DNA of 64,000 nucleotides from a virus (Duplodnaviria; Caudoviricetes): positions 96,001 to 160,000 of the IMG/VR virus record IMGVR_UViG_3300027917_000018; one strand, given 5' to 3'. The notes beneath the pieces were generated by a model. It did no database searches. It was not told the DNA's origin and saw only the letters and a program-made list of their open reading frames with translations. Position numbers and translations under genes: made by a program. How positions within the stretch are numbered: position 1 is the first letter of the stretch; each line of letters opens with the position of its first letter. Shown here piece by piece: positions 45,399 to 54,061 of this stretch.

Positions 45399-47696
45399 AT
45401 GCCAGTTTCAGCATCAGACCAATACGCATACATCAACCTGAGCAGTCAGGTGGTGAATGTCTCGGGCGGTGAAGTCAACGATCGCGGCGTTTACTCGCAA
45501 GCCGAGTTTTACGCGATCAACGACGTGGTGGAGTACTTGAACAGTCTCTACATCTGCCTCACACCCAATTCTGCCCAGCCGCCGACGGCCATTGTCGATG
45601 ACAACTGGTCGGCTTTCGTTCAGACCACGGGCGAGGCCCCGCTGACTATCGAGCAGCTCTACGAAATTGTTCTCCAGAATTATCAGGTGACGCTGTACGG
45701 CACCCAGCTGGCCTACACCGCCTTGGAAACTGCTTGGACGGGAACGGCGCTGGCAAATACCGCGATTCAAGTCGCCTACGACGGGACCAACGCCGCCAAC
45801 TTGGCGCTTACGCAGGTTAACAACGCGCTCACGGTGGCCTATGCGGGCACCGAGCTGGCCTATACCGCGCTGCAAACGGCTTGGACCGGGACCAACACAG
45901 CCAACAGCATCAATATCATCAGCGCGGCAGCCAACGGCACCGACATCAGTGCCGGGCGCTCCGGGGACAATCTTCGGGTCAAGAGCATCATCCCCGGCGT
46001 CGACGTTTACATTGAGGACTACGGAACGGCGGTCGAAATCGGCTCGACCGGTCCCAGCGCGGTGCCTGTTGGGCTGGAAGGCGAGGCGTACATCTTCGTG
46101 GGCGGCGACGCCTCGGGGACTGTAAACGGCGACGCGCTCGTGGCGGCCCACACGGCGGCCAAGACCAAGACGCCGCACGGCCAGGCTCTATCGGCCAACA
46201 ATCGGTACACCATCTTCCTGCTGCCGGGCAATTATACGCTGACCGACGACGCGCTTCAGTTGGACACCAGCTACATCGACCTTATTGGTCTCGGCAAAGG
46301 CCGCGAAGCCTATCTGACCTCCAGCGGTAACACGCTGCGCGTAACCTCGTCGACCGGACACAATCGCCTGGCCAATCTGACGATTCACACGTCGGCTGCG
46401 GCCACCAACAGCAACACCGGCAAGCACGCTTATTCGGGCGAGTTTTCCAGCTCGGCCAGCACGTTTGAGGCGAGGAACGTTTTGTTTACGTCAAACAACA
46501 ACTACAACGCGATGAAGGCGCAGGCGGGGATGTACGGGACCTACATCGACTGCGAGTGCGATAAGGAGGGCGGATTCAACTGCGCTTTCCAGTCCTGGTC
46601 GTCATCCGTCGGCCTCTACGGGAAGTTCATCCGGTGCAAAGCTAAAACGTACTCTTTTGGCGCGACCTTCAACGTCAACCAAACGGTGACGTTGTCGGGC
46701 CAGTTTATCCAGTGCGAGGCGGAAGAAGATTCGTTCGGCAAAAACCAAACCTACGACACGACCATGAGCGGCTATTTCCACAGCTGCCGAGTCAATTCCA
46801 GCGGAGGGTACTGCTTTGGCCACGTGAGCACGGCGGGCCGGACCCTCACGATGTCGGGCATCTTCATCGGCTGCGTGGACGTTGGCAATGGGTTCTGTTT
46901 CGGCAATGTGATCGTGCATGGGAACGTGACGATGAGTGGCATCTTCATGAACTGCACCACCAACGGCGCAGGGTTCGGAACAAACAATTACACGTTTGGG
47001 TCTTCCACTGGCACCCGGCTTCTGAGCGGCGTGTTCATGGACTGCCGCACTACGGGCTACGGCTTTGGCGGCGGTACGACGGCGGGTGGCACAACAACGC
47101 TGTCGGGCCGCTTCGTCAACTGTGAAGCCGTTCAAAACGTTTTTTGTTTTGGTTACGGGGCCAACACCGATTGCTCGGGCTACTTTTTCAACTGCCGGGC
47201 AGGCGGAGAGGCTTTTGGCACAGGCGGTGGCGTGGCCTCTGGAACCTTTATTGGCTGTGTGGCAGGCGCTGGCTCTTTCGGCGGCACCGACACGGGCAGC
47301 TCGACGGGAGGCACGGCTTCAGGAACCTTCATCTCCTGCGTTGGCGGTGCCTACAGTTTCGGCGGAGCGGACGTGAGCGGCTCTCCGGGCACTATGTCGG
47401 GCACGATGCAGAACTGCGTGCTCACCGGACTGCTCTATGCCACGGTGACGGGCAAGATTGAGAACATGCGGATCGAGGCCACAGGCTCCAACCAAAATGC
47501 GGTGCTGATCGGCAGCAACGGCAGACTTTACGGTTGCACCTTGATCAAGACCGGAACCGGCTATGCGATCAGCGGCACAGGCTCGATCACAGCCAAGGTC
47601 GCTCACTGCCGGATGAACAGTGGCCCGGACCCAGGTTTCACCTTCACCAACGGAATCGAGACCCCGTACAACGTCGTGGATAGCGACATCACTTGA
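45399..47696 (+). CDS. tailspike/tail fibre with predicted right-handed beta-helix
   Basis: N-terminal CBM-like module and ALETAW repeats; about ten SG-x-F-x-x-C repeats in the C-half. Confidence 0.75.
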   Translation: MPVSASDQYAYINLSSQVVNVSGGEVNDRGVYSQAEFYAINDVVEYLNSLYICLTPNSAQPPTAIVDDNWSAFVQTTGEAPLTIEQLYEIVLQNYQVTLYGTQLAYTALETAWTGTALANTAIQVAYDGTNAANLALTQVNNALTVAYAGTELAYTALQTAWTGTNTANSINIISAAANGTDISAGRSGDNLRVKSIIPGVDVYIEDYGTAVEIGSTGPSAVPVGLEGEAYIFVGGDASGTVNGDALVAAHTAAKTKTPHGQALSANNRYTIFLLPGNYTLTDDALQLDTSYIDLIGLGKGREAYLTSSGNTLRVTSSTGHNRLANLTIHTSAAATNSNTGKHAYSGEFSSSASTFEARNVLFTSNNNYNAMKAQAGMYGTYIDCECDKEGGFNCAFQSWSSSVGLYGKFIRCKAKTYSFGATFNVNQTVTLSGQFIQCEAEEDSFGKNQTYDTTMSGYFHSCRVNSSGGYCFGHVSTAGRTLTMSGIFIGCVDVGNGFCFGNVIVHGNVTMSGIFMNCTTNGAGFGTNNYTFGSSTGTRLLSGVFMDCRTTGYGFGGGTTAGGTTTLSGRFVNCEAVQNVFCFGYGANTDCSGYFFNCRAGGEAFGTGGGVASGTFIGCVAGAGSFGGTDTGSSTGGTASGTFISCVGGAYSFGGADVSGSPGTMSGTMQNCVLTGLLYATVTGKIENMRIEATGSNQNAVLIGSNGRLYGCTLIKTGTGYAISGTGSITAKVAHCRMNSGPDPGFTFTNGIETPYNVVDSDIT

Positions 47697-47697
47697 T

Positions 47698-48081
47698 ATG
47701 TCACAGACCAACCAAGGCAACAGGATTCTGACCACCGACCCCTACTGGCAGGGGCCTAGCGTGGGAGCCCACCAGGTCATCGGCTATGCGGGCACCGTGA
47801 TGGTTGACTTCGCGGGAAGCATGTCGGCCTACCAAACCGTCACGCTGTCAGGGAACATCCACTTTGACGTGATGAATATGGCCGGTGGAGCCAACAACCA
47901 CGGTGTCAGCATCCGGGTAATCGGGGACGGCAGCGACCGCCTCGTGGGCTACAACACGGACATCAAGTGGCTCGGCACCGCTCCAGGCACTCAGGCGGCC
48001 AATAAGGTTTCGGTTGCGAGCTTCACCGCCTACGGCACGCTGCCGACGGACGTGGTGGCGGTTTATGCGAAGCAGCGATGA
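47698..48081 (+). CDS. small tail-associated protein
   Basis: Resembles the C-terminal module of 44475-45392 (DF.G..YQ..T+.G.+H...NM). Confidence 0.55.
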   Translation: MSQTNQGNRILTTDPYWQGPSVGAHQVIGYAGTVMVDFAGSMSAYQTVTLSGNIHFDVMNMAGGANNHGVSIRVIGDGSDRLVGYNTDIKWLGTAPGTQAANKVSVASFTAYGTLPTDVVAVYAKQR

Positions 48082-49349
48082 CCGTAAACGTCAATTTCAC
48101 GTGGTTTGATCTGCCGTACCTGGCCTACGCCGGAGAGGCGGGGCCGCCGCCCGACGGTTGGGAGCCTTTCTCCGACTACGCGATTGACTACTACGCCGTA
48201 AACAATCCGTTTCCCTACGGCGGCCAGAATTTTGCGGGCACTTGGTACGCCTCGCCGTCTTCGGAGGGCATCCAAGCCTGGGAGGGCTGGGAATACACAA
48301 CCGGAACCTTGGGCCAGGACAAGGGCACAAGCAGCCTGGATCAGCTGGGCATTGGTTTTGAAGGGACTTGGTATGGCCAGCACAGCGACAGCTATTTCGT
48401 CGGCGAGGACCGGTGGAATTACGGAGCGGGCACCGTCTTCCAGGAGTACGCGGGCACTGAGTTTAACGCGGTCGACGGATTTAGCGGCACCTGGTACGCC
48501 GTGGACAGAGATTACAGCGCCCATGATGACTTTTCCAGCTATGGAACGAGCAGCGGCACGTTTGGCGGCGTTGAGATTGAGCAGATGGGAGCCGGTACCG
48601 TGCCGCTGGCCGCCGGAGGCGCGTGGGCCGGTACCTGGGCGGTTGGTGAGGGCACCTACCCGTCCTTAAGCCCAATTCTGCTCCTGGATTCTGGCTCAGC
48701 TTTCTCCGGCAGCCTGTCGGGCACCGCCGCCGTCTGGTTGGATTTTTCAGGATCGGGCAATCACTTCTACGAGTACACTGCGGGCGGCGGCCCGGTCATC
48801 GACTGGAACAACGCCCTCAACGGCTACCCCGTGCTTTCGTTCGGGACATTCTCCGAGAACCGGCTTTATCGCCAGCAGTTCGTTCAGGACCGTGGCAGCG
48901 TCGAGGCATTCCTGGTCGTGCGAGCGGACGCAGACCCGCCGCCTGCTGGACCAAATGTCGGTGCTTGGGCCAATTTCAGCCAGAACACACCTTCCAGCCA
49001 CACACCGTTCTCCGACGGCAACATCTATGAGAACATGTGGTCGGCGACGCGGTTCTCGTTCAACCCGACTACGCCGCTGAATCAATGGCTGGTGTACAAT
49101 GTCCGCCATAGCGGCTACCGGGTGCAGGTTGAACTGAACGGCACCGAGTTGGCCTACAATACCACTCAGACCTTGGACGTGACGGCATCGGTGACAGGGA
49201 CCTACGTCCTTGGAGCTGGGGTGGCTTCCGGCCCCACCTACTACGCCTGGCTTGGCAAAATGGCCCATGTCCGCGTTTACGACCACGTGCTTTCACCTTC
49301 GGAGCGCGGAGACGTGGTGAAAGAACTCAAAGCCAGGTTTGCGATATGA
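48078..49349 (+). CDS. tail protein with GxW repeats and C-terminal LamG/ConA-like domain
   Basis: GFEGTWY, GFSGTWY repeats; WLVYNV..ELNG..GKMAHVRVYDHVLSPSE. Confidence 0.7.
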   Translation: MTVNVNFTWFDLPYLAYAGEAGPPPDGWEPFSDYAIDYYAVNNPFPYGGQNFAGTWYASPSSEGIQAWEGWEYTTGTLGQDKGTSSLDQLGIGFEGTWYGQHSDSYFVGEDRWNYGAGTVFQEYAGTEFNAVDGFSGTWYAVDRDYSAHDDFSSYGTSSGTFGGVEIEQMGAGTVPLAAGGAWAGTWAVGEGTYPSLSPILLLDSGSAFSGSLSGTAAVWLDFSGSGNHFYEYTAGGGPVIDWNNALNGYPVLSFGTFSENRLYRQQFVQDRGSVEAFLVVRADADPPPAGPNVGAWANFSQNTPSSHTPFSDGNIYENMWSATRFSFNPTTPLNQWLVYNVRHSGYRVQVELNGTELAYNTTQTLDVTASVTGTYVLGAGVASGPTYYAWLGKMAHVRVYDHVLSPSERGDVVKELKARFAI

Positions 49350-50092
49350 GCCTAACCTTTCTGGCAAGAGAAGACGTGGTTTCGATTTCATCGGAGGCCC
49401 TGGTTCTGCGTTCCTCCAGCGTAGCCCGACAGTTGCCCTGGGGCAGCGACTGGCAGCAGCTTATGATCGGGGTTCGCTTTAGGATTGATGGTGGCTGGGT
49501 CAGTTACGGCGACGCGGTGACGAACATGAACTTTGGAACAGCCACGGCGATCCCCAGGTGGCAGGTGGGCCTTTGCTCCGGTGGCCAGGCGGTGGTTGAT
49601 GACGGCATCAATCACTTTTGCGGGGCCATCAGTTTCCTAAACACCTGGGGAAACGCGGGCACGTCCGAAAGCGACCGAGGCTACACCGTAGGTCCTGGCG
49701 GAATGCTGATCGCGACGCAGATCGGATGGACCAGAACCAGCTACGGCGGTAGCATTTCTGCGGCAAGCGCCGGTTTTACCGCCACGGAGGGCCTGGCCTG
49801 CGCGATTTTCGTGCAGATTACCAAGGGCAGTCCCACCTGGAGTTTGAAGTACGCGATACCCAACGCTTATTCTAATGGCGACACGAAGACGGCCCAACAG
49901 GTGTCGGTTATGTGCGAGACCGACATCGAGAACGCGCCTACTTGGGATAGCGGCTATCAAAGGTCCAATTCAGCTGGAACGCCCACCATCGACGAAAGCA
50001 CCTACGGGCCGCTGGATTCGGTCTGCCTGTACTGGAATTGGCAGATGCCCAGGATGAGGATTTTCGACATCTACGTACACAAAAGGTACTGA
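49346..50092 (+). CDS. tail-associated protein, paralog family A
   Basis: GSDWQQLMIG, ITKGSP. Confidence 0.6.
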   Translation: MSLTFLAREDVVSISSEALVLRSSSVARQLPWGSDWQQLMIGVRFRIDGGWVSYGDAVTNMNFGTATAIPRWQVGLCSGGQAVVDDGINHFCGAISFLNTWGNAGTSESDRGYTVGPGGMLIATQIGWTRTSYGGSISAASAGFTATEGLACAIFVQITKGSPTWSLKYAIPNAYSNGDTKTAQQVSVMCETDIENAPTWDSGYQRSNSAGTPTIDESTYGPLDSVCLYWNWQMPRMRIFDIYVHKRY

Positions 50093-50093
50093 C

Positions 50094-50816
50094 ATGATTG
50101 CGATTACAGAAAGGATTATCGGCGGGTCGACGGACCAGAACGTGCGGCTCCAAACTGCCGGGCTGTCCCGGCCCATGTCGATCGGAACCGACTGGACCAA
50201 AATCCGTGTGGGCATCCGCTACGCGTTTAATCTTGGCACGTACACAGGCAGCCTGTCGGGCACGCCCAGGTTTGGTTTTGGCATCTGCGCGAATGCCCAG
50301 TACGAGATTTTCAGCTACACGAACGTTTCCCACATGTTTGGCATTTTGAGCAATGCCACCACGATGACTCCTGGGTTGTCCGGTTCTGAGTACGCGATAA
50401 CGGTAGGCGGCGGTGGCATTCTTTTGGCGGACAAGGTGGGAAGCACGATCACCACAGGGTCGGGATCACTTTCGGCGGGCACGGCGCTTTCGGCGTCGCC
50501 GCAGGATGGCCGAAGCTGTCTGTGGCTCCAAATTCAAAAAGGAAGCCCCAACTTCACCTGCGACATGTGCTATCCGGGAAGTGCGGCACCGGCAGTGATC
50601 GACTTGAGTGAGTCCGAGTTTTTCCTGGGCATGGAAACTGATCCGGGCAGCATTCCCGCTTTGAGCGGTAATTTCTCGGGCTACCAGTCCAGAACTGCTA
50701 TTGCCCACGCCTTGGATGAGGCGGCCAACGGCTATTTTAACGGTGTCTGGATCGACTGGAATAGGACAACCTGGTCGGTCGAGGTTTCGGACGTAGCCGT
50801 TTACAAGGTGTCCTAG
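50094..50816 (+). CDS. tail-associated protein, paralog family A
   Basis: GTDWTKIRVG, QKGSPNF, EAANGYFNGV..EVSD..KVS. Confidence 0.6.
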   Translation: MIAITERIIGGSTDQNVRLQTAGLSRPMSIGTDWTKIRVGIRYAFNLGTYTGSLSGTPRFGFGICANAQYEIFSYTNVSHMFGILSNATTMTPGLSGSEYAITVGGGGILLADKVGSTITTGSGSLSAGTALSASPQDGRSCLWLQIQKGSPNFTCDMCYPGSAAPAVIDLSESEFFLGMETDPGSIPALSGNFSGYQSRTAIAHALDEAANGYFNGVWIDWNRTTWSVEVSDVAVYKVS

Positions 50817-50825
50817 CGGGCCAGT

Positions 50826-50834
50826 GTAGTTAGG
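50826..50834 (+). promoter_or_regulatory. GTAGTTAGG motif (candidate late promoter)
   Basis: TAGTTA ends 7 nt before ATG 50840. Confidence 0.5.
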
Positions 50835-50839
50835 GGCGT

Positions 50840-51346
50840 ATGAAGACAAAACTAGCTTCGACCCTACTGGCGCTGATTGTCGCAGTATCAGCGATTTCGT
50901 TTACGACGGGATGCCGGACTACCAACCCGGACACGGGTGAAGTGGTCTTTGATCCTGTGCGCACTGAGAAAGTTCAGGCCGCGATCAAGCCCGCTATCGC
51001 GACGGGTGTCTTGATCGGCATTCGCCAGGAAGCCCAGGCTGCCACGGCTTTTGTCCTGGCGGAGCAGGTCTTGCAGGACCTGGTAGGCCAGCGGCAGATT
51101 GACCCAACGGTGGTCAACGACGCCCTGATAAAACTGAACCTGGCCGCCCTGCAAAGCCAGGACGCCAAGCTTGCGGCCCAGGTCGGCATCAACACCATGC
51201 TGGCCCTGTACAATGCGGCGGTGGCGGATCGCGTTCAGGCAGACATCGCCGAGGACCAGTACCTGTACGCCATTTTGCAGACTCTGGCCGACGGCGTCTC
51301 GATGGGACTGACCCAGGCCAAAGAGGCGGGCTTAATCTCGCCATAA
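50840..51346 (+). CDS. lipoprotein (possible lysis accessory)
   Basis: Signal ending FTTGC; lies next to a holin-like gene. Confidence 0.6.
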   Translation: MKTKLASTLLALIVAVSAISFTTGCRTTNPDTGEVVFDPVRTEKVQAAIKPAIATGVLIGIRQEAQAATAFVLAEQVLQDLVGQRQIDPTVVNDALIKLNLAALQSQDAKLAAQVGINTMLALYNAAVADRVQADIAEDQYLYAILQTLADGVSMGLTQAKEAGLISP

Positions 51347-51368
51347 GGCTTTAGCTGGCCATAGGTAC

Positions 51369-51402
51369 CAAGGGGCGGCCTTCTTGTTTGGGCCGCCCCT
51401 TG
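51369..51402. terminator. GC-rich hairpin, probable terminator
   Basis: CAAGGGGCGGCC / GGCCGCCCCTTG 12-bp stem, followed directly by TATTTAGG. Confidence 0.6.
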
Positions 51403-51436
51403 TATTTAGGGTGGCGACTATCGCCGTCGAAAAACT

Positions 51437-51823
51437 ATGAATACGACAAAAGCACTGAAATGGGCGGTTTTTTGCGTGTTGACTCTTCCCGTGCTCCTAT
51501 TCGCGCAGGACGAGACCCCACTCGCCGAGCTGCCTAAAAGCACGCAGGAGTTTTGGGTCCTGGGCATCGCTGTTGTTTCCCCGCTGATCGTTCAGGGGAT
51601 CAAGTGGGCGGTTCCCAAGATTCCGAAGCTTCTGCTACCAAGCGTCACACCCTTCATCGGCATGGCTTTGGGCTATGGGCTGAATGCCCTGGGCACGGCT
51701 GACCTGGGATGGGTGGATGCTGCGCAAGCGGGCGCTCTGGCCGTCTTCGTTCGCGAGGTCGTCAACCAAGCGGTGAAGTCTCGGCAGGCGGCTGACACAC
51801 CGGCCCAGCCTCCTTCTGGCTAG
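51437..51823 (+). CDS. holin-like membrane protein
   Basis: Three to four hydrophobic segments, charged C-tail. Confidence 0.5.
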   Translation: MNTTKALKWAVFCVLTLPVLLFAQDETPLAELPKSTQEFWVLGIAVVSPLIVQGIKWAVPKIPKLLLPSVTPFIGMALGYGLNALGTADLGWVDAAQAGALAVFVREVVNQAVKSRQAADTPAQPPSG

Positions 51824-52853
51824 GGATTTCAACTGAACCTTCATCCTCCCCTGCGGGTGGCTCATCCGCAGGGGATTTTCGTTTACGGTCTGTTCGGTTC
51901 AATTCATCGGCGAGGCTGTACTGCCTGATCTTGTTGTAAAGCGTTTGTCGCCCGATCCGCAGCCGCTGCGCTGCGTGCTTGATGTTGCCGTGGCAGCCTT
52001 GGATGGCCTCGATGATAAGCCTGCGCTCCGCCAGCTCAATCGGCCCCAGTGTATGGCCCTGTTCCGCCTTTTCCTGCGCCGTTTTGTCGAGGGCAGCCTG
52101 GGCGACCGGAGGGCTGAATCCGTCGGGCGGTAGGGAGTGTCGGTAGCCCAAAGCCAGCACGCGTTGTATTTCGTTCTCCAACTGCCGGACGTTGCCAGGC
52201 CATTCGTAAGCCAGTAGAGCTTCCTTGGCTTCCTTACCGAGGTAGACGGGTTCGGTAACAGCCTGTTCCTTAGCGTACCAATTGAGAAACGTTTCGGCCA
52301 GGGGCAGAATGTCATTTCTTCGATTGCGCAGCCGGGGCAGAAAAAGCGTGACGGCACCGATGCGGTAGTAAAGGTCAGGACGTAAACGTTTTTGTTCGAG
52401 CAGCATTTCTGGCAGGTTGCTCACGGCGCAAATCAGCCGAAAGTTAATGGCGTCCTCCTTGGTGCTCCCGACGCGTCGGACTTTCCTTTCCTGAAGGACC
52501 CGCAGCAGCTTTGACTGTGCTCCCAGCGGCATTTCGCTCAGCTCGTCCAGGAAGAGGGTGCCGCCATCCGCTGCCCCGATCAGGCCCGTGCGGTCGTTGC
52601 TGGCCCCAGTGTAGGCACCACGGGCCGCGCCGAACAGCTCGCTCTCGACGAGGTCTTTGGGCAATGCCGCGCAGTTGACACAGATCATCGGCTGTTTGCG
52701 CCGAGGGCTGTTCTCATGGATATGGCGTGCAACGACTTCCTTGCCCGTTCCGGTCTCGCCGCAGAGCAGGATGGGAATGCCGCTGGCAGCAATCTGGTTG
52801 CAGGTGGCTACCAGAGCTTGCATTGCTGAACTGGCGAATACGGGCTTGTACAT
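51762..52853 (-). CDS. sigma54-dependent enhancer-binding protein (AAA+ plus Fis HTH, no N-terminal sensor)
   Basis: GETGTGKE, ESELFG, GAYTGA, GGTLFLDE, RPDLYYR, WPGNVRQL, HAAQRLRIGRQTLYNKI. Confidence 0.92.
   Translation of the reverse strand: MYKPVFASSAMQALVATCNQIAASGIPILLCGETGTGKEVVARHIHENSPRRKQPMICVNCAALPKDLVESELFGAARGAYTGASNDRTGLIGAADGGTLFLDELSEMPLGAQSKLLRVLQERKVRRVGSTKEDAINFRLICAVSNLPEMLLEQKRLRPDLYYRIGAVTLFLPRLRNRRNDILPLAETFLNWYAKEQAVTEPVYLGKEAKEALLAYEWPGNVRQLENEIQRVLALGYRHSLPPDGFSPPVAQAALDKTAQEKAEQGHTLGPIELAERRLIIEAIQGCHGNIKHAAQRLRIGRQTLYNKIRQYSLADELNRTDRKRKSPADEPPAGEDEGSVEIPSQKEAGPVCQPPAETSPLG
51847..51879 (+). terminator. intrinsic terminator
   Basis: TCCCCTGCGG / CCGCAGGGGA stem followed by TTTT. 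Confidence 0.65.
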
Positions 52854-52860
52854 AGGTTAA

Positions 52861-53313
52861 ATGATACCGCGAGACGTTTTCTACGATCGACTCGGCAAGC
52901 ACTGCCAGCAGTGTGAGCACTGGGCCAACGTCTGCCTTAAGGGCCATGCGTCCAGCTCGCCGGAGGGCTGCCCGATCTACAAGTTTCCGCCGATCCAGGG
53001 AGCCCAATACGCGTCCGTGCGCGAAGCCCCGTCGCCACCGGCCTTCGCCAATTGCTGCGGTAACACTATCCAAGAACTGGAACCGTTAACCTGGCCGCAA
53101 GTTTTGGCGCATTTTGCCGAATCCATGACGAAGTGGATCGCGTCGGGAATGAAGGTCGTCAAGAAGGACACGCACATGAGCCGCTACGGCACCTGCAAGC
53201 TCAACACGTGCGGGGAATTCCGGGATTTCTACTGCCACCACTGTAAGTGCATCGCTTACTGCAAGGCCAAGCTGGCGACGGAAACGTGCCCGAAGAAGCT
53301 CTGGCCTACATGA
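52861..53313 (+). CDS. Cys-rich protein (DUF6171-like C-terminus)
   Basis: CQQC..C..CP; CHHCKC..KAKL..ETCPKKLW. Confidence 0.6.
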   Translation: MIPRDVFYDRLGKHCQQCEHWANVCLKGHASSSPEGCPIYKFPPIQGAQYASVREAPSPPAFANCCGNTIQELEPLTWPQVLAHFAESMTKWIASGMKVVKKDTHMSRYGTCKLNTCGEFRDFYCHHCKCIAYCKAKLATETCPKKLWPT

Positions 53314-54061
53314 CTTCGAGCTGGGTGCCGTCTTCCGTCGGGCTGATGTAGATTTCGCCGTAGGAATGAGCAGCTGCCGTGAGCCGCTCGCCCGCCTCTT
53401 CATCGTCCGTGAAATCGCCATCCCAAAAGCCAGCGCCGTGGCCGTTGCGGGTTAGCCAGAAGTCGTGCCCGGCCCGTGACGGATCGCCTTCGATGTCCCG
53501 CCAGTTTTTCTTCCAGAAGTCTTCGCATTCAGCCCGGAGCGTCTCTCGGGCCGCGTCGGTGAAGTCCCCGGTGTCGTAATCACGGTCCAGTGGGTGGCCG
53601 TGGCCTTCAGGGTCAACGGCGTCGTTGTTGCTGCTCCAGATGGCTGTCTCCAAGTATTGCTCGAAGAATTCTTCGGGCATTTCGGGCACGTGCGGGGCGT
53701 GCTTTTTGAGAAACTCACGGGGCGTTTCGGCCTCTACGACATCGCTGATTTCCCCGACGCCATGTCCGGTTGAGCTGACGAGAAAGATTTTGTTTACAGA
53801 AGGGCCTATAAGCCTTGGGTAGCCAAGCGGCTTGCCTAAGAGATTGTGGGCAATGCTCTTGGCGTCCTTGTAATCTCGTGTCGACCCATTGTCCGGCGTT
53901 CCACGGCCCCAATACCAGTGGGGTATGCCGTAGGTCCAGTAATAGGGAGTGCCTTCAGCCACACCGACCAGGAAAAACCGTGGATTGCGAAACTTGTGCT
54001 TGAGCAAGTCCCTGGGCGATTCCCCGGCCAATCCGTCGATGATAGCCCGTGCCCGGCTCAT
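53306..54061 (-). CDS. leader-bearing two-module protein; C-module with AGHDFWLTRNGHGAGFWD
   Basis: True start 54061 (MSRARAIIDGLAGESPR); internal EAETPREFL at 53734. Confidence 0.75.
   Translation of the reverse strand: MSRARAIIDGLAGESPRDLLKHKFRNPRFFLVGVAEGTPYYWTYGIPHWYWGRGTPDNGSTRDYKDAKSIAHNLLGKPLGYPRLIGPSVNKIFLVSSTGHGVGEISDVVEAETPREFLKKHAPHVPEMPEEFFEQYLETAIWSSNNDAVDPEGHGHPLDRDYDTGDFTDAARETLRAECEDFWKKNWRDIEGDPSRAGHDFWLTRNGHGAGFWDGDFTDDEEAGERLTAAAHSYGEIYISPTEDGTQLEVM

Noticed and set aside
44475-50816. Diversity-generating retroelement acting on tail genes
   Set aside because: No reverse transcriptase and no near-identical repeat pair differing only at adenines; the paralogs are diverged at all bases.
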